64,000 nt of DNA from Podarcis erhardii. Taxonomy: Eukaryota. The translations under genes were made by a program, and so were the position numbers. The notes beneath the pieces were generated by a model. It worked only from the letters and a program-made list of their open reading frames with translations. It searched no databases and was not told where the DNA came from. Positions 61,391 through 64,000 of this stretch are shown here, in pieces (position 1 is the first letter of the stretch; each line of letters opens with the position of its first letter). Where the stretch lies: assembly GCA_964252035.1 (NCBI GenBank), contig OZ176204.1. One strand, written 5' to 3'.

Positions 61391-61920
61391 GAATTAGGTT
61401 ACTAGTTGTTTTTAGCATTATTATTATTGCTGCAGCTGCTTTTGCTACTATTACCATTGTGACTCAACCCCACACCCCCAATGTGTCGTATATAAATATT
61501 ATGGAAGGAATAAAGAAAGCAGCCACAATTCGAGATGATTCAAGTTTAGACCATAGTGCTGTAGGGTTTGTTTTAACCATTTCCTCCAGCACTGTTATTT
61601 AAATGAAAATTGCCCCCCTTTACGTGATGCTGAAGTACTGATCTAATTCTTATAATCTAACCCACTCTCACGATTGCTATTTGCTAAAATGTGAAGAGTC
61701 AGGAACTCTAATCATAAGGGTATAGCTGATATTGTGTAGAGTTCCACACAGAAGCAGGACTTCCACTTCTTCTCCTCTCCCATGTGCCGACAAAATTTTC
61801 ACTTAAGGGTCTCCCAACCCTTTGGAACAGATTTTGGGCATGCACTGGGAGTTGAAAAGGGATGTTCCATTGTGCAAGTGGAAGTCTCTTGCATGAGCAG
61901 AGATGTTGATTTGTCTTGTT

Positions 61921-62056
61921 CAGACACAGGCAAACTCGGCCCTCCAGATGTTTGGGGACTACAACTCCCATCATCCCTGACCACTGGTCCTGTTAGCTAG
62001 GGATGATAGGAGTTGTAGTCCCAAAACATCTGGAGGGCCGAGTTTGCCTATGCCTG
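61921..62056. mobile_element. hAT (Charlie-like) palindromic MITE, 136 bp
   Basis: Arms CAG(A/G)CA(C/T)AGGCAAACTCGGCCCTCCAGATG. Perfect 8-bp TSD GTCTTGTT at 61913-61920 and 62057-62064. Confidence 0.93.
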
Positions 62057-62084
62057 GTCTTGTTAAACAATCATCTCATGTAGG

Positions 62085-62313
62085 GAAGAAGAGAGTTTGG
62101 ATTTGATATCCCGCTTTATCACTACCCGAAGGAGTCTTAAAGCGGCTAACAATCTCCTTTCCCTTCCTCCCCCACAACAAACACTCTGCGAGGTGAGTGA
62201 GGCTGAGAGACTTCAAAGTAGTGTGACTAGCCCAAGGTAACCCAGCAGCTGCATGTGGAGGAGCGGGGACGCGAACCCGGTTCCTCAGATTACGAGTCTA
62301 ACCACTTCACCAT
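62085..62313 (-). mobile_element. Squam3/Ther1-like SINE
   Basis: Reverse complement of the 61117-61390 family, with a short deletion in the tRNA head. Confidence 0.9.
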
Positions 62314-62316
62314 ACA

Positions 62317-62793
62317 TAGGGTTGCTGTATTTTATGAAGTTAACATCTGGACGAATTTTGGGGGGGAGATCACCAGAGAAGTTCCTAACCTTTTTTGGGG
62401 AGATTGCCAGACAAGTTCTTGAGCTTTTTGAGGGCAGCTCCACCCCCTGCCATTCACAACCACCAATTGCCATTATCTACAAATCGCACGACAGGCAAGA
62501 GGTGGGCACTTGGTGGTTGCACCCAGGTCTCTTGTCAGGAGGACCTGCCACTGCTGCCTCTAGTGCTCCCAGCCCCTCCACTGCTCACAAACTTTGGACT
62601 CCATGCAGGAAAGAGAAGCAGTGATGGTGGCGGCTTCCTTAGCAGCCACTGCCACCCAGAGCTGGAAATAAATAAATACCCCCCAAAGTCGGATATTCCT
62701 ATAAAATGCAAAAAAATTAAATCCCCCCAGATGGGGGTGCAGGCCCCCCAAAATAGGACATGTCCAGGATTTTCTGGACGTATGGCAACCTTC
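62317..62793. mobile_element. hAT-like non-autonomous element
   Basis: Termini tagggttgctgta / tatggcaaccttc, with subterminal tgtccagga..tctggacg as in 17480-17752. No TSD recovered. Confidence 0.5.
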
Positions 62794-64000
62794 AGGGCTT
62801 CCTGCGCACCTCCCTGTGTCCATGCATCACACCAAACACAGTGAAACAGTTTCTTCACATTATGTGCTACATTCAACAACCACAGAAAATTCCACTGTTG
62901 AGAAAGGAATTTTCAACGTAAAAAATGAAAACAAATGGGTTGGACAAATGACATTTGTCTAACCCATTCACGAACGAGTGGATAATAGCGTTTCATATTA
63001 GATTATCCTGCATTATTCTCTCATTTTTTAAAAAAGAAAAAAACAACACTCAAATTTCTGGCATTTGGCAAATATAATCTATGATCTTGGAGAAATCTAA
63101 TTTTCTAGATTAGTGAATCACATCTCATATTGCAGATTGGAAAAGTGTTTATTATTTTAATACTGTAACATAAAAACAATATGACTAGCATTGATATTTC
63201 TGTCAGGTCAGCATTTAAGTAACATTAGCACTAATATGGGTAATTGTAATTTATATACAATTTCTGAACATAGTGTGCATATTTAATCAGTGCTTTGTGT
63301 CCTCTCCAGAAATGAAGGGGAATACTTATCAACAACTGATATTATCAGGCTTCAAATTATGGAAAGTAAACCTTTAGATCTTAAAAATGAATTTGGTTTT
63401 TGCTTGTCCCCTTATAAAGTGGCTTGCAGAGCAGTAGATGGATTATGTGCCTTTGAAAGAAACATTGATTTATTCATTTTTTAAAGCATGGATTATTAAG
63501 CAAATCTAAGCTTCCCCCACCCCCATTCTTAATATGTTTTCAAAGTTGACTAGCTGTTGGTTGCTGCTTTTCACAGCAGTTTGCAACAAAAACTGCTGAT
63601 TTGTGTTTGTGAATCTTTTTGTGCATGTAGAGGCAGAGCATACCCCTCCCCTGATGGCTTTCCCTTCTTCCCGAAACAGGACAGAGAACTGAAATAAAAT
63701 ATCCTGTAATAAAAAATACCTAAAGTCATTTGCAAACAGACCACTATCTTACCTAACCTGGTGATGGAGGGGGAGATGGAATGTTTGCATCAGTTTTGCT
63801 TAATGATAGTTCTGTGCATAGAAATGGGAATGGTAGCATGGCTAATTGGCGTGGGTATATTTTCTGCACCTGCACAAAATCGCAAGAACCCTAAGCAATT
63901 AATGAATCCAGGTGTGTAGCAGACATCCTGTGAGTGTCTGTGTGATATCGATTGAGAAGATACCTGCATCAGATGCACACCCACACTACAGTGTACATTT

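Overview
Vertebrate (squamate reptile) genomic DNA, most consistent with a lacertid lizard. The basis is a Sauria SINE, Squam3/Ther1-like SINEs, RTE-BovB, reptile-type L1, L2, CR1 and many hAT and Tc1/mariner MITEs. I recognise no host protein-coding gene, so the window looks intronic or intergenic, with AT-rich unique DNA between repeats. The only convincing protein-coding sequence belongs to retrotransposons. (1) A 5.3-kb L1 at 26238-31534 (+) has a 15-bp TSD and full ORF1 and ORF2 (endonuclease, RT, CCHC), each broken by a single frameshift. (2) A 2.25-kb TSD-flanked non-autonomous L1 derivative at 58080-60331 (-) keeps a promoter, a diverged ORF1 and only the last ~40 codons of ORF2 (HAL1-like). 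Other notable structures are a hAT element carrying a promoter/CpG-island-like insert (45873-46630), a Tc2-type MITE with a 119-bp double-hairpin tandem array (7374-8153), a bipartite inverted BovB insertion (55531-56211) and three 136-bp palindromic hAT MITEs with different termini. Family names come from recalled consensus features, not from a database search. Coordinates were counted by hand and may be off by a few bases at degenerate ends.
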